A stretch of DNA of 64,000 nt, from the NCBI GenBank assembly GCA_043803945.1, contig JAZDJN010000091.1, forward strand, positions 1 through 64,000, read 5' to 3'. The notes beneath the pieces were generated by a model, which saw nothing but the letters and a program-made list of their open reading frames with translations, was not told where the DNA came from and made no database searches. Made by a program: the position numbers and the translations under genes. Positions 1 through 10,071 of the stretch are shown piece by piece. This DNA is from a bacterium (GTDB lineage: Bacteria > Bacteroidota > Ignavibacteria > UBA10030). How positions within the stretch are numbered: position 1 is the first letter of the stretch; every line of letters starts with the position of its first letter.

Positions 1-66
1 TTTGAGTGATTCTAATGCCACTTTTGTCTTAAAGATGGCACTGTGTGTACGGCGGATTCTCTTCAT
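1..66 (-). CDS. IS3 transposase OrfA, N-terminus (partial)
   Basis: Manual translation MKRIRRTHSAIFKTKVALESLK matches the IS3 OrfA 'RR.hS.eFK.KVALE.LK' HTH start. Confidence 0.8.
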   Translation of the reverse strand, partial: MKRIRRTHSAIFKTKVALESLK

Positions 67-141
67 TGCTGGATCTCCTATGGGGAAAGGTAACCATTTT
101 TTCCACCTTAGCAAGTTGTCCAGTTTTTGGGGTACAGCTCA
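1..141 (-). mobile_element. IS3-family insertion sequence, left end (continues beyond the window)
   Basis: The - strand from 141 reads TGAGCTGTACCCCAAAAACTGGACA, an IS3/IS150-type 5'-TG terminal repeat. An AGGAG RBS and an OrfA-like start follow. Confidence 0.85.
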
Positions 142-857
142 TACTCGACTGTCGTAAACGAATCGTAGAGTGATGAATCACTCGTTCCAATCCGTATAGT
201 CTCACCTCCATTCTGTGTCGTTCCATTGAAAAAAAGCAAAGGCCGAAATGCAAAATAATTTGAATCAATCCGATGATAATTCGGTTTCGCTGTAAGCCGC
301 CATACGACAAGTGTTGCACCGGAATGTGTTTTCCCCTTCAAGTAGCAATGATCGACACGATTATATGATCCGTACAAAGATACCCACTTATAATCAATCG
401 ACGATGAGGAAGGATTATAATCGATAATCGCCGAGTTTGTTAACCGGCATGAATCACTCTCAACAGCGCCACTCCTGAATTCTATGACAGCGCCAGATGG
501 ACTGTAACCATTTTTAAAGAGAAGCCCATCGATAACCAGGTGTCGGCCCGAAATCCGGAGTGTCGATGTCCCAGACAATATCACCCTTCCGTATGATTCT
601 GCTCGCAAGAGGATCGGCAGTTCGGCTGTTCCCTTACCCTGGAACACAATAGCGGAATTCATCCATTGCCCATTCGTCATCGTTAAAGTATCGCCCGGTT
701 TAGCCGCTGTCATCGTCGACGCGATCTGTGCAGCAGTAGAGACACGATACTCAGTCGAAGCAAGCTTGCTCAGTGGAACGAGGAGAGAAAGAAAGGCAAT
801 TCTGATCAGCAGAAACAGTTTATGGCGCAATATTAAGTACCTAGAGAGGCGATCCAA
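142..857 (-). pseudogene. PL6 (chondroitinase B-like) alginate lyase, 5' part interrupted by IS3
   Basis: PL6 motifs AKPGDT, GRVILSGTS, YNRVDHC and NGGETIRIG are present. After 'TTVEY' the frame runs into the IS end and stops at 108. Confidence 0.85.
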
Positions 858-878
858 TGGTAATCCGATTGTAAGGTA

Positions 879-2096
879 TTATTGTGAGAGTTTTGGGTAG
901 ATTATATTCGATCGATCTGCCAGCCATTTGGTATTTGGTATCAACCGGCGAATCGATTCATATTCAGGATATCGATACTTCACCGCTGCAAGTTGGAGAA
1001 CTGCGCAGAGCCGCTCAGACTCCATGCGGGTAATTTGTTGTTCCTTCCATTCAGCTTTTCTCGTCGCAGATGGAATGAGAAACTCGATTGCCTTTCGAAT
1101 ACAGCGGCCGTCACTGGTCTGATAATGCCAGAGGTCAATGCCGACCACTTCGCCTAACAGAGCAAGCTGGATGAGTGCCTCGAGGTTGAGCATTGAGTAG
1201 TTCCAGGATTTTGTCCTGACCAGTTCCAGCGGCTGCGATCCGTTAGGTTCGATCTGAGCCGCAATTCTCTCTTTCCCTTCTTGTACATACTCTTGCGCAA
1301 TATCGCTCCGGTCCAGGAAGAGTGCAATGGTTGCCACCTGCACTGCATAGGTGGTGCCATGGTTATTTTCTGCTTCTGCCTCCTCCTTACCATTCTTGCT
1401 GTTAAGCAGCCAATCCAAATATTGTGCAAACCACTTCTCTATTCCTCTCTGATCATCTGTCGTCCAATGTCGTGAACCATTCAGGAGACCTATTGCATCG
1501 ACCACATTTCGAAATCCGTAGCTATCGATAATTCCTGTACCTCTTCCCAGATTAAGGCCGCGTACGATCTGTGAATATTCAAGATGAGGATTCATCTTAG
1601 TTTTTGGTTCGAGGAACCAGGTCTTTAGGATTTGGGCTGCGTGAGACGCAAAGCGTTCTTCAAGAGTAATATAGTAGGCAAGCGAAAGTGTCGATACGGC
1701 ATTGACCATCGCTCCAATACGTTCACGGTCACCCAGAGTATAGCGGTCCGGATTAATTACTCCATCGCGGCGAATATACGGAAGGCCGTCCGGTTTCGAT
1801 GAATCGGGCCACCAGTACGGAGAGACACTTACATAATCGTGCTTGTCGCCGCTCGGTCCTGCCTGAGATTTTTGCATTACAGAGACAGGTTGAAATTTTA
1901 AAAGATCAACAGCTTCTGAAATTACCGCCTGAATAGACTCCTTCTCGATTTGTCTCTTTGCTTGATATGCTTGCTGAACGGATACGAGCCTATCTGCATC
2001 CATCAGGTACACTCTCGGCAGGGATGATTGAGCGATGAGATGAGAGAGAGGTAGAATCAGTGCTATGAACAGATAAGAGAAAATGATTTTTTTCAT
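879..2096 (-). CDS. Alginate lyase domain protein (PF05426; PL5/PL38-like) with signal peptide
   Basis: SGDKHDY.S.SPYWWPD, PYIRRDG, NNHGT and ELVRTKSWNYS motifs. Start reassigned to MKKIIFSYLF (2096). Confidence 0.85.
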   Translation of the reverse strand: MKKIIFSYLFIALILPLSHLIAQSSLPRVYLMDADRLVSVQQAYQAKRQIEKESIQAVISEAVDLLKFQPVSVMQKSQAGPSGDKHDYVSVSPYWWPDSSKPDGLPYIRRDGVINPDRYTLGDRERIGAMVNAVSTLSLAYYITLEERFASHAAQILKTWFLEPKTKMNPHLEYSQIVRGLNLGRGTGIIDSYGFRNVVDAIGLLNGSRHWTTDDQRGIEKWFAQYLDWLLNSKNGKEEAEAENNHGTTYAVQVATIALFLDRSDIAQEYVQEGKERIAAQIEPNGSQPLELVRTKSWNYSMLNLEALIQLALLGEVVGIDLWHYQTSDGRCIRKAIEFLIPSATRKAEWKEQQITRMESERLCAVLQLAAVKYRYPEYESIRRLIPNTKWLADRSNIIYPKLSQ

Positions 2097-2124
2097 GTTC
2101 ACCACACAATTTACGAGCTTATTT

Positions 2125-4041
2125 CTATTTCGTGAGAAGCAGCTTTTGCACATAGGTCGTTCTCTGGACATCAATACGGCATAAATACACTCCGCTGGGA
2201 TAGAGACTTGCATCCCAAAGAACATTATGATACCCGGCGTTGAGATCTCTATGAAGAAGCTGCTGAATCTCCCGACCGAAGATGTCAATGATGGTCATCC
2301 TTACAACTTGTCGCTGAGGAAGATAGAACTGAATGGTCGTTTCAGGATTGAACGGATTCGGGAAGTTTTGCATCAATCGAAAATCCTGAGTCACCTCACC
2401 CTCGTGGTTACTGACTGCGATTGATGTTGGTGTCGAAATCCGGTCCGCAAGTTGCGCGAGATAGAGCGACGCAGGATGAAGGCCCGACTTATTTGAACCC
2501 TCAATAAAACCAACTGGGCCAGAGTAAGGGCCAACTCCTGTCACTGTTCCACTGCAGCCGATAGCATAATTTTGAGCAGTTGGAGGTTTCTGAATGACGA
2601 TGGTTGCTGATGGCGCCGAACAATTCCACGCAACTGAATGAACCGATGCCCATCCGTGACCCGTTCCATAATCACCCCGATTATAGAGCCCCAGGACCGT
2701 TGAAGTCTTTGGATTCGGATTCTTAAATGTAATCTTGTCATAGAGAAGGCCCTGACTCCATTGACGATGTCCTTCACTTGAGGCATAGGTGAATTCACTC
2801 GTACAGTTCGTAAAGACACATCCCGAGACGGAACTTGTACCATTCGAAACAAAGTCGTGACGGCCATAGGTTGCCATGCAATTCTTAAACAGAATCAATT
2901 GCGATGCGACATAGAGGTTAAAATTATATCGCCGCTCTCCTGTAATGATGCTGATTGGTTCGAGTGCCGAACATGAGTCGATGGTAATCCGGGTAGCCGT
3001 TGAAGTCTTGAATCCCGACTGGCCAAAATGCAGCGCAGTACATTTCAAAATCCATGAGTCTTCAATCTGGATAAAGCGAATGGCATCCCACGCATGGTTC
3101 CGTTCGTCGCCATTCGAATCGGTCGTCACACCTTTCGCGTTAATGTCAATGCGAAATCGCTCGAGTCCGATATTCGTCTTCAAACCGGAGCGGGAATATT
3201 TGTAGATATACGACTGCGAAAGCGTTCTGATGAATGTCGTAAAGAGCGGTGCATCGATAGTGATGGTGTTGCCATTTTTCGCAACGATGTACCTGTTATA
3301 GAGAATAGGCAATTGATCGATTGTCCAACCCGCATCGCTTCCCGTCTCGCCAAATTTCACCACCTCCAGCCAGGATATGCTGCAAGGGTGATAGAGAATA
3401 ATGTTATCCCCTTCTTTATAAGGAGATGCATCAACTACGGTAAATGAGCGTGCACCGACCAAAATCGTATCTGACGTAATATCGGTCTGTGTGAGCCTCA
3501 CCTTATCGGACCATTTTGTATCGCTGCCGCCTCCCGCAATAAGCACGGTGGTCTGCAGAAGTGAATCCCCCGTCGCAAGCAGAATTGTATTACGCGTGGT
3601 GTCACTCCCATCCCCTGCACCGCGAACAACGACACCAGATGCGTTGATGCGCAACGTACCGCTGACCCGATAAATCCCGGCATTCAGAAATAATGCACCT
3701 CGAAGACCGAATGCATCAAGAGGCCTTGCACCCACAATATCAATGGCAGTTTGTATATGAGAAGTATTATCACCCAGAAGGGGCGAGATAGTGTGGACGA
3801 CAGGAACCGAAGGTATCGATGTGCTGCTATTCTTGTATCCGGCATAGCTGAAATCAGGGATGCGGTTGCCTTCGGCATCGGAGAGATATTCAAGCTTGCC
3901 GGAAGGTGTATACTTCATAATACTCGATTGAAATGTTTGTGCGATCCCCCCGGCAGCGTGGAACAAGATCAGAGTGAAAAGAGCTATGCACCTCGACGAT
4001 ATGTGATCACTCGCAGACATCAACACGCTCTCACTTCGCAC
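2125..4041 (-). CDS. Secreted pectin-lyase-like beta-helix protein with C-terminal secretion (T9SS-type) domain
   Basis: N-terminal IPDFSYAGY...DNT.HIQ.AID...GA.FL.AG.Y; HR.WSQGLLYD; C-terminal QNFPNPFNPETTI...KLLLTK. Confidence 0.75.
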   Translation of the reverse strand: MRSESVLMSASDHISSRCIALFTLILFHAAGGIAQTFQSSIMKYTPSGKLEYLSDAEGNRIPDFSYAGYKNSSTSIPSVPVVHTISPLLGDNTSHIQTAIDIVGARPLDAFGLRGALFLNAGIYRVSGTLRINASGVVVRGAGDGSDTTRNTILLATGDSLLQTTVLIAGGGSDTKWSDKVRLTQTDITSDTILVGARSFTVVDASPYKEGDNIILYHPCSISWLEVVKFGETGSDAGWTIDQLPILYNRYIVAKNGNTITIDAPLFTTFIRTLSQSYIYKYSRSGLKTNIGLERFRIDINAKGVTTDSNGDERNHAWDAIRFIQIEDSWILKCTALHFGQSGFKTSTATRITIDSCSALEPISIITGERRYNFNLYVASQLILFKNCMATYGRHDFVSNGTSSVSGCVFTNCTSEFTYASSEGHRQWSQGLLYDKITFKNPNPKTSTVLGLYNRGDYGTGHGWASVHSVAWNCSAPSATIVIQKPPTAQNYAIGCSGTVTGVGPYSGPVGFIEGSNKSGLHPASLYLAQLADRISTPTSIAVSNHEGEVTQDFRLMQNFPNPFNPETTIQFYLPQRQVVRMTIIDIFGREIQQLLHRDLNAGYHNVLWDASLYPSGVYLCRIDVQRTTYVQKLLLTK

Positions 4042-4114
4042 TCAGTCTTACAATTCCTGGTTATAACGGCTTCTTGGATTCGTTGACAATATATTATCGC
4101 TTTGTTATTACTCA

Positions 4115-4220
4115 GCCACAGAGGCCCAGAGGACACAGAGAAAAGAAAAATTTTAGGTGTCTAAATGTGTGAGTCTAAATACTTTAAGAAAAACCTCTGT
4201 GATCTCAGTGTCTCTGTGGC
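4115..4220. repeat. Palindromic MITE-like element (GCCACAGAG...CTCTGTGGC)
   Basis: Imperfect ~26-bp inverted arms gccacagaggcccagaggacacagag / ctctgtgatctcagtgtctctgtggc around an AT-rich core. Confidence 0.7.
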
Positions 4221-4276
4221 AATTTTTTGAATACGCTGAGCTGCTACTTCGTTTTTCAATACGTTCGCGCAATGAA

Positions 4277-4310
4277 GAAAAGGGGCTATTGTATTGCTAT
4301 AGCCCCTCTC
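4277..4310 (-). terminator. Intrinsic terminator
   Basis: aggggcta...tagcccct stem followed by a T-tract on the - strand, just after the 4336 stop. Confidence 0.6.
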
Positions 4311-4335
4311 CTCCGTATTACAATTATGTCAGTTC

Positions 4336-5886
4336 TTATTTGATGACTAGCATTTTGCGAGTCATCATGAAATCACCGGCTTGAATCTGATAATAGTACA
4401 TCCCGCTCGCCGCTCCGGAAGCATTCCACACTGCACTATACGTACCACTCTGCAGTGAAGAATTCACCAGTGTCGTGAACTCCCGTCCCAATGCATCAAA
4501 AATCTTCAATGTGACATGCGCAGTTGAAGGGAGGCTGAACCGGACGGTTGTCGATGGATTGAATGGATTGGGATAGTTCTGATGTAGTGAGAAATTCGCA
4601 GGTAAAATCGATACTTGCTCAACAGTCGTTGTTGTGTAAACGAGCGAATTTGTTGTTGTCCCGGTTGCGCGTGCAAGGGCAATATTGATGCTAGCGCCGC
4701 TATTTATAGTGATCGGAGTAGCCACCGAATCGGCGTTGAATCGCGCGGGTGGTCGAGTCGTGTCAGGTGTTGCCTGGGGGACACCTACCCACGTCGCCCG
4801 GTTGTCAGTCGAATAAGCGATCCGAAGGTCCGTGTTCCCGACACCAACTCCGTCATCAATTCCATAGGTTGGCCTGAACCTGTCAAAACTCATGTTTGCC
4901 GCACCGCCGATAGCATTGCTGTAGCTTAACTGGTAGTAGCGTACGGCCGAAACTTTATCAATTGCTCCGCTCAATACACTTGTTCCTGTGTTCGCGTTCC
5001 CCCTTATGCATTTCACAATGGCCAGATGCCCCGTCGCAGAACCAGCTGTTGTCGACCGAAGGTTGAGAGGCTTGTACCCATCTGCATCGCCAACAAGAAA
5101 ATCCTTTGAAGATCCACCCGAGGAAGACATGCCGCGGCCAAAATTCCCTGTCACATAGCTGGTTGTTGATCCGCCTATTACCTGGGCCGCAGTCGTACCT
5201 TGATAAACAAGTTTGAAATTCCCTGTTTCAACGATGCCATTCTGAAAGTTCATTCCGCTGTTCGCCGTTGCTAATCCAGAGGAGGATCCTCCGGCTGTAA
5301 TGATATCGCTTGCCAATACTACCTTGCCAGGTAGCGTTTTATTGATTGTGATATAATTGAATTCTCCATTCGACGAACTCGCATATGGGCAGGTCAGGGT
5401 GGAGATCTTTGATCCAGACAAGATGAGGTTCAAGACGGCCAAGTTGCCACCGGATGAGCCTGTCCTGAAATCGAGTGTTCCACCATCATTTGTCAGACTA
5501 CCTCCAAGATTGAGTCTGTGCGCAACCCCTGTGGCGCCTGATAGCGAGATGGTTTGGACCTTAAAAGCACCGCCTGTTTTGATAAGGATGTTACCGCTTA
5601 TCACCATGTCTACAGTATCGGTTTTCGAGGTCAGCAGTACACCGGATGCTCCTTCTCCAATTGTCAAATTAGTACACACAATGTTTTTCCCATCAAGTAG
5701 AACCGTATCGCCATCAGCGATTGTCACGTTGTCGGTTGCGGTTGGAACAGTACCTCCTACCCAGGTTGCTGTTGCGCTCCATGTACCTTTCACACCGGCC
5801 GATTTAATATCAGCGGCAAAGGTACTGCTCACTGCAATAGTCAAGATTGCCAGGATCGCAAGATAAATCATGGTTCTGTGTGTCAT
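4336..5886 (-). CDS. Secreted Gly/Ser/Thr-rich protein of unknown function with C-terminal secretion domain
   Basis: Signal peptide MTHRTMIYLAILAIL after a GAGGTGG RBS; G8-like start (W...W.GG.VP...DNVTI); C-terminal QNYPNPFNPSTT. Confidence 0.75.
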   Translation of the reverse strand: MTHRTMIYLAILAILTIAVSSTFAADIKSAGVKGTWSATATWVGGTVPTATDNVTIADGDTVLLDGKNIVCTNLTIGEGASGVLLTSKTDTVDMVISGNILIKTGGAFKVQTISLSGATGVAHRLNLGGSLTNDGGTLDFRTGSSGGNLAVLNLILSGSKISTLTCPYASSSNGEFNYITINKTLPGKVVLASDIITAGGSSSGLATANSGMNFQNGIVETGNFKLVYQGTTAAQVIGGSTTSYVTGNFGRGMSSSGGSSKDFLVGDADGYKPLNLRSTTAGSATGHLAIVKCIRGNANTGTSVLSGAIDKVSAVRYYQLSYSNAIGGAANMSFDRFRPTYGIDDGVGVGNTDLRIAYSTDNRATWVGVPQATPDTTRPPARFNADSVATPITINSGASINIALARATGTTTNSLVYTTTTVEQVSILPANFSLHQNYPNPFNPSTTVRFSLPSTAHVTLKIFDALGREFTTLVNSSLQSGTYSAVWNASGAASGMYYYQIQAGDFMMTRKMLVIK

Positions 5887-6024
5887 ATCCACCTCTTTGT
5901 AGTTAGTGAAAAATGAATTGTGGTTAATTAATAGTAAGAAAATTTCTGAATTTCTTCTTGCCGAACTCTGTGACCAGCCCAGTCCCCAGACTCTACATCG
6001 CTCCTGCCGTGAACACCATCGCAA

Positions 6025-7314
6025 TCAATCCTGATGGGCAGACTGCCGCAATTCAATCCGCTTAATCTCCCCGCTGAAGAAATGTATCGCGAGAACACCA
6101 ATCGGCACAAGCGATGCTCCCATCAGAAACACCGGGACATAACTCTCGGCGCTTAATACGGGGATTAACCAAGTACTAAAAACCAGAACACCACAGACAG
6201 CCGACATCCCTCCCAATCCGGCGAGCGAGCCGACCGACTTCCCTGAAAAATAATCGCTTGGTAATGTCAGAATATTATTCATCGTTACCTGATAGCCAAA
6301 CAGAACAATGGCCATTACTATCACAGCAAGGAGAGGAGAACTTGAAAAGGCAATCATGATGAAACCAGGAAACATGATCATCCCACCAATGACGATGGCC
6401 CACTTCCGAGCTTTATTCACCGTCCATCCTTGCCGAATTTTGTGTCCAGACCACCAACCTCCAACAATACTCCCAATAGCTGCTCCAAAATAAGGCACCC
6501 ATGCAAAATATCCAATTTCTTTTACATCAAATTTGAATTGATCGTGAAGATAAATCGGCAGCCAGTTCACAAACAACCACCAAACGGGATCCAGAAAGAA
6601 TCGTCCGACAATGACCGACCAGCTTTTTTTGTAGGTAAGTATTTCTCCCCATGTTGGGACGCGCGTCTCCTCTTGCACCGGTGCACCTAACTTTTGTCCA
6701 GTGATGATATACTGGCGCTCCTCTTCTGTAATCCATGGATGCTGACCCGGTTCAGCTCGATGGAGGTACAGCCAGGGAATAATCCAGAGAAATCCCAACG
6801 CACCGATCACCACAAATGTCGCTTTCCATCCGAAGAGCCCATAGAGGATGGCAATGAGCGGAGCAGAGATCACAGCACCAAGCGACGCTCCGGCATTGAA
6901 GATACCGTTTGCCAGCGCGCGTTCGCTGACAGGGAACCACTCGGCTGATGCCTTTGCTCCGCCAGGCCAGTTTCCTGCCTCGCTTAATCCCAGCATTCCA
7001 CGAAAGAATGAGAAGCTCAGGATTCCACGTGCAACTCCATGAAACGCACACGAGAGTGACCAGACAACAACGGAAAGAACAAAACCCATCCGCGTCCCTA
7101 TCCAGTCGAACAATTTCCCGGAGATTGCCTGGCCAACTGCGTACGCAATCATAAACGCCGAGACAATGGTTGCATATTGTTCTCTCGACAGATCCAATTC
7201 CTTCGAAATATCAGGCCACATCACAGCAAGAGACGTACGATCGATATAGTTAATTACTGTAACGACAGCAATTAACCCCATTATCCACCAACGGAGACCA
7301 TTAACTTTCTTCAT
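6025..7314 (-). CDS. MFS hexuronate transporter (ExuT-like)
   Basis: LRWWI...INYIDR, EAGNWPG, EWFP..ERALA.GIFN.GAS and RFFLDPVWW motifs; about 12 TM segments. Confidence 0.9.
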   Translation of the reverse strand: MKKVNGLRWWIMGLIAVVTVINYIDRTSLAVMWPDISKELDLSREQYATIVSAFMIAYAVGQAISGKLFDWIGTRMGFVLSVVVWSLSCAFHGVARGILSFSFFRGMLGLSEAGNWPGGAKASAEWFPVSERALANGIFNAGASLGAVISAPLIAILYGLFGWKATFVVIGALGFLWIIPWLYLHRAEPGQHPWITEEERQYIITGQKLGAPVQEETRVPTWGEILTYKKSWSVIVGRFFLDPVWWLFVNWLPIYLHDQFKFDVKEIGYFAWVPYFGAAIGSIVGGWWSGHKIRQGWTVNKARKWAIVIGGMIMFPGFIMIAFSSSPLLAVIVMAIVLFGYQVTMNNILTLPSDYFSGKSVGSLAGLGGMSAVCGVLVFSTWLIPVLSAESYVPVFLMGASLVPIGVLAIHFFSGEIKRIELRQSAHQD

Positions 7315-7334
7315 CGCATTTTTTCCGTGTAATT

Positions 7335-7482
7335 GCCACTAAGTCTCTAAGACACTAAGAGAAGAACTTTAAGCACTAACTATTGTGTGAGTTTTATTCT
7401 GATAAATCAACAAGTAGCATTGCCTCTTACGCGACTATACTCATTCAAAATAGTATTTATTGAGTCTTGGTGTCTTTGTGGT
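7335..7482. repeat. Palindromic MITE-like element (GCCACTAAG...CTTTGTGGT)
   Basis: Arms gccactaagtctctaagacactaag / ttgagtcttggtgtctttgtggt with ~8-bp periodicity; same design as 4115-4220. Confidence 0.6.
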
Positions 7483-7500
7483 TGACTAGTTTTTTATCCG

Positions 7501-7851
7501 TCACATTTTCTGAACCAGGAAATCTTCCCTTGCGGGCGTAAATGTGTCCACTAGTACTCCATCTTCAAGCGCAACCACACCATGGAACACCTGTGATGGA
7601 ATAAGGAAGCAATCCCCCTGGCGAAGAACTTGCTTCTTGCCATCGATTTCTACTTCAAAAGATCCCTGATTTACATAGGTGACCTGAGTGTGATGATGGC
7701 TATGAACCGGGCCGATAGAACCAATTTTAAATTCCACAATAGTCATCATCATCGTATCGTTATATCCAAGGATTTTTCTTTTCACACCATCTCCGACAAC
7801 TTCCCAAGGAATGGCAGCAGCATCGAGAAACAGACCTGTTGGTTTGATCAT
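7501..7851 (-). CDS. kdgF: Cupin KdgF (unsaturated uronate ring-opening)
   Basis: GVKRKILGY, H.H.H.Q, HGV..LE.G.L.D.F.P.REDF; located between PL17 and the MFS gene. Confidence 0.85.
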   Translation of the reverse strand: MIKPTGLFLDAAAIPWEVVGDGVKRKILGYNDTMMMTIVEFKIGSIGPVHSHHHTQVTYVNQGSFEVEIDGKKQVLRQGDCFLIPSQVFHGVVALEDGVLVDTFTPAREDFLVQKM

Positions 7852-7854
7852 GAA

Positions 7855-10056
7855 TTACCTTTCCATTAATACCAGCTTTGCATTTCCTCTCCAGGAATAA
7901 ATCTGACCGTTAATATTGAGTGCGTGCTCCGCCGAATCCGAAGCTTGAGTATTCGTTATTAAGAGAATCCACTGCCTGCCGGAGATGCCGCGCACTTCTA
8001 CGGCGCTGCCTTCCTCTGTTGATCCTAAGACCACCACGGAAGCAATGGAGGGTCTGGCGTTCATCGAAAACTCATTCGTACCATCCCATTGTCCATGTGG
8101 TTCAATCACCGATGCAAACACATGCGAGGTTGCCTGCTGCCGGAGTATGAACGCCGGCTCATGGCGGAGGTTAAAATCCGGATCACCGGCACCAATGCGG
8201 ACAAAGAAGATCTGTGTCGACGTATCGGCTGCAGACGTGATGGTATAATACCGTTCCCCGGAAATCCAGGTGACTTGAACAGAATTCGCAGCTTTCCCTT
8301 CCGCTTCCTTCCAGAGATGCTGATATCCGGACGATGTTCCGAGTGCGGACATTTGTTTCGTAGAAGGAATGTATTTGACATTTGTTGAGATCAGGTGTCC
8401 TTGATAGTAAAAGGGAAGATCATAGGTGTGGAGCTTTTCCGAACGTACCCGGAATACATCAATGACAATCGGATTGGAAAGGCTGTCATCCTTTACCAGC
8501 GCGGTGGTGCGTTGTATCTCGACGCCAGGATAGGCAGTCGCCACTCGTGCGCTCATCACCTGGAACGCGGGATCGGCAATTGAGAAAAAATGCCTGTCGG
8601 CATGATTTTTCTCAGAGAGAGAGATCTTCCCCTGATAGTGCGATTGCTGATCCACTGTGACAGTATTGTGAGCAATGGTCTGCATTGCAAACGATTTCGT
8701 TTCGGGTAAATAGCGGCCGCCATATTTTGGCTCAACGTTGACGAAGCGAACGAAACCATAATCCTGAAGAATTTCACGCCCCTGATCATAATAGAGAAGA
8801 GCCAGTTTATCGTAATGCCCATGGGAAAGTCCATGACCCGTGTATTTCATAATGACCAGAGACTGATCGAAGTTTGGACCGGACCGGAGGGCACCGATGC
8901 CCCCCTCGTCTCCATTGGCACCATCGGTGTATTCCACACTTTTGTACGGAAATGGTGGAATTGTTTTTTTCTGCACCAACGCCTGAGCAACGGCTACACC
9001 CGCTGCATTGAGTAAAACACTATTCTGCTTTTGTGCAATGGAGAGCAACGACCGGTCTCTTCCATAGACCATGAAAGAAACATCCAACGCGTGAACGATT
9101 TCGGGAGAAAGATAATTTTTATCCTTCATCGCATCGTTAATCGGGATAAATTCTCCATTGGTGTAGGTCAATTGCAGTGCAGAATAGAATGCCTTTTTGA
9201 GAATCTGTTGCCGGAATTCAAAAATTTTCAGATCCGGCGTGTTCTTATCGATCACAGTGGCAAATGTAAAGAACGGCAGGAGTGCATAGCGGGCATAATA
9301 TAATCCCTCCGTATAAAATCCATCCGGAGAGAACAGTGCTTGCAACTGCCGCACATAACCACCGCTCGTATCTTTCCTGGAACCGTAAAGGGCTTTGTCG
9401 ATTAAATCGTCATCGTGCAAAACGAAGCCTGCCATTCCGACCGCCGTGCAGGTCCAGGTTCCATGATTGTGAATCCGATCCAGTTCCTTCACATGATCCT
9501 CGGAAAGAAACTTTGCCATGGGCCGGATGAGTTTTCCCTCTATGCGCTGCCGGTCTTCCTCAGAAAGAAAATCGTAGATACAATCATACGCTTGCGTTGC
9601 GTGCACAAGCCAGACTGATTCATTCAGCGTTTGCCAGAAGAGTCTCCCTGACGACTCGCCTCCTGCGGCGGGATGCTTTCCAAGCGTGGGATAGATCTCG
9701 GCGTACTTCAACAACATCTCCCGGACGAACCGGGCATACCGTTTCTCGCCGATGACGCAGTACAGAATGCCCGCTTGATGCATCTCAAGGTAATTCTGTT
9801 TATGCCGCTCATGAGTGTATCCACCTGCATCTATTGGAAGAGGGATATCCATTCTTTGCCGGAGTGCGCGATCGACAAATACTTTTGCTTCATTCCATGA
9901 TTTGTCAAAGAGAGGATACTTCCCCAGCGCTTGCTTCATTGCGTTCGCCTCAACCCTATTCAAGAACAGATGGGGGTGCGACTGTCCCGAGCCCTTAAAG
10001 AATCCGAGGATAGAAAACAGACAGATGATGAACACTTTACCGATCCGGAAACGCAT
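7855..10056 (-). CDS. PL17 oligo-alginate lyase (alginate lyase + heparinase II/III domains)
   Basis: GGYTHERHK.NY, RLFWQ.LNE, IHNHGTW, EG.YYARYA and HGHYDKL motifs. Confidence 0.9.
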   Translation of the reverse strand: MRFRIGKVFIICLFSILGFFKGSGQSHPHLFLNRVEANAMKQALGKYPLFDKSWNEAKVFVDRALRQRMDIPLPIDAGGYTHERHKQNYLEMHQAGILYCVIGEKRYARFVREMLLKYAEIYPTLGKHPAAGGESSGRLFWQTLNESVWLVHATQAYDCIYDFLSEEDRQRIEGKLIRPMAKFLSEDHVKELDRIHNHGTWTCTAVGMAGFVLHDDDLIDKALYGSRKDTSGGYVRQLQALFSPDGFYTEGLYYARYALLPFFTFATVIDKNTPDLKIFEFRQQILKKAFYSALQLTYTNGEFIPINDAMKDKNYLSPEIVHALDVSFMVYGRDRSLLSIAQKQNSVLLNAAGVAVAQALVQKKTIPPFPYKSVEYTDGANGDEGGIGALRSGPNFDQSLVIMKYTGHGLSHGHYDKLALLYYDQGREILQDYGFVRFVNVEPKYGGRYLPETKSFAMQTIAHNTVTVDQQSHYQGKISLSEKNHADRHFFSIADPAFQVMSARVATAYPGVEIQRTTALVKDDSLSNPIVIDVFRVRSEKLHTYDLPFYYQGHLISTNVKYIPSTKQMSALGTSSGYQHLWKEAEGKAANSVQVTWISGERYYTITSAADTSTQIFFVRIGAGDPDFNLRHEPAFILRQQATSHVFASVIEPHGQWDGTNEFSMNARPSIASVVVLGSTEEGSAVEVRGISGRQWILLITNTQASDSAEHALNINGQIYSWRGNAKLVLMER

Positions 10057-10071
10057 TATGCCTCTTGTCGA

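Noticed and set aside
2097-2288. N-terminal extension of the alginate lyase ORF
   Set aside because: It overlaps the upstream gene, and the signal peptide starts at 2096.
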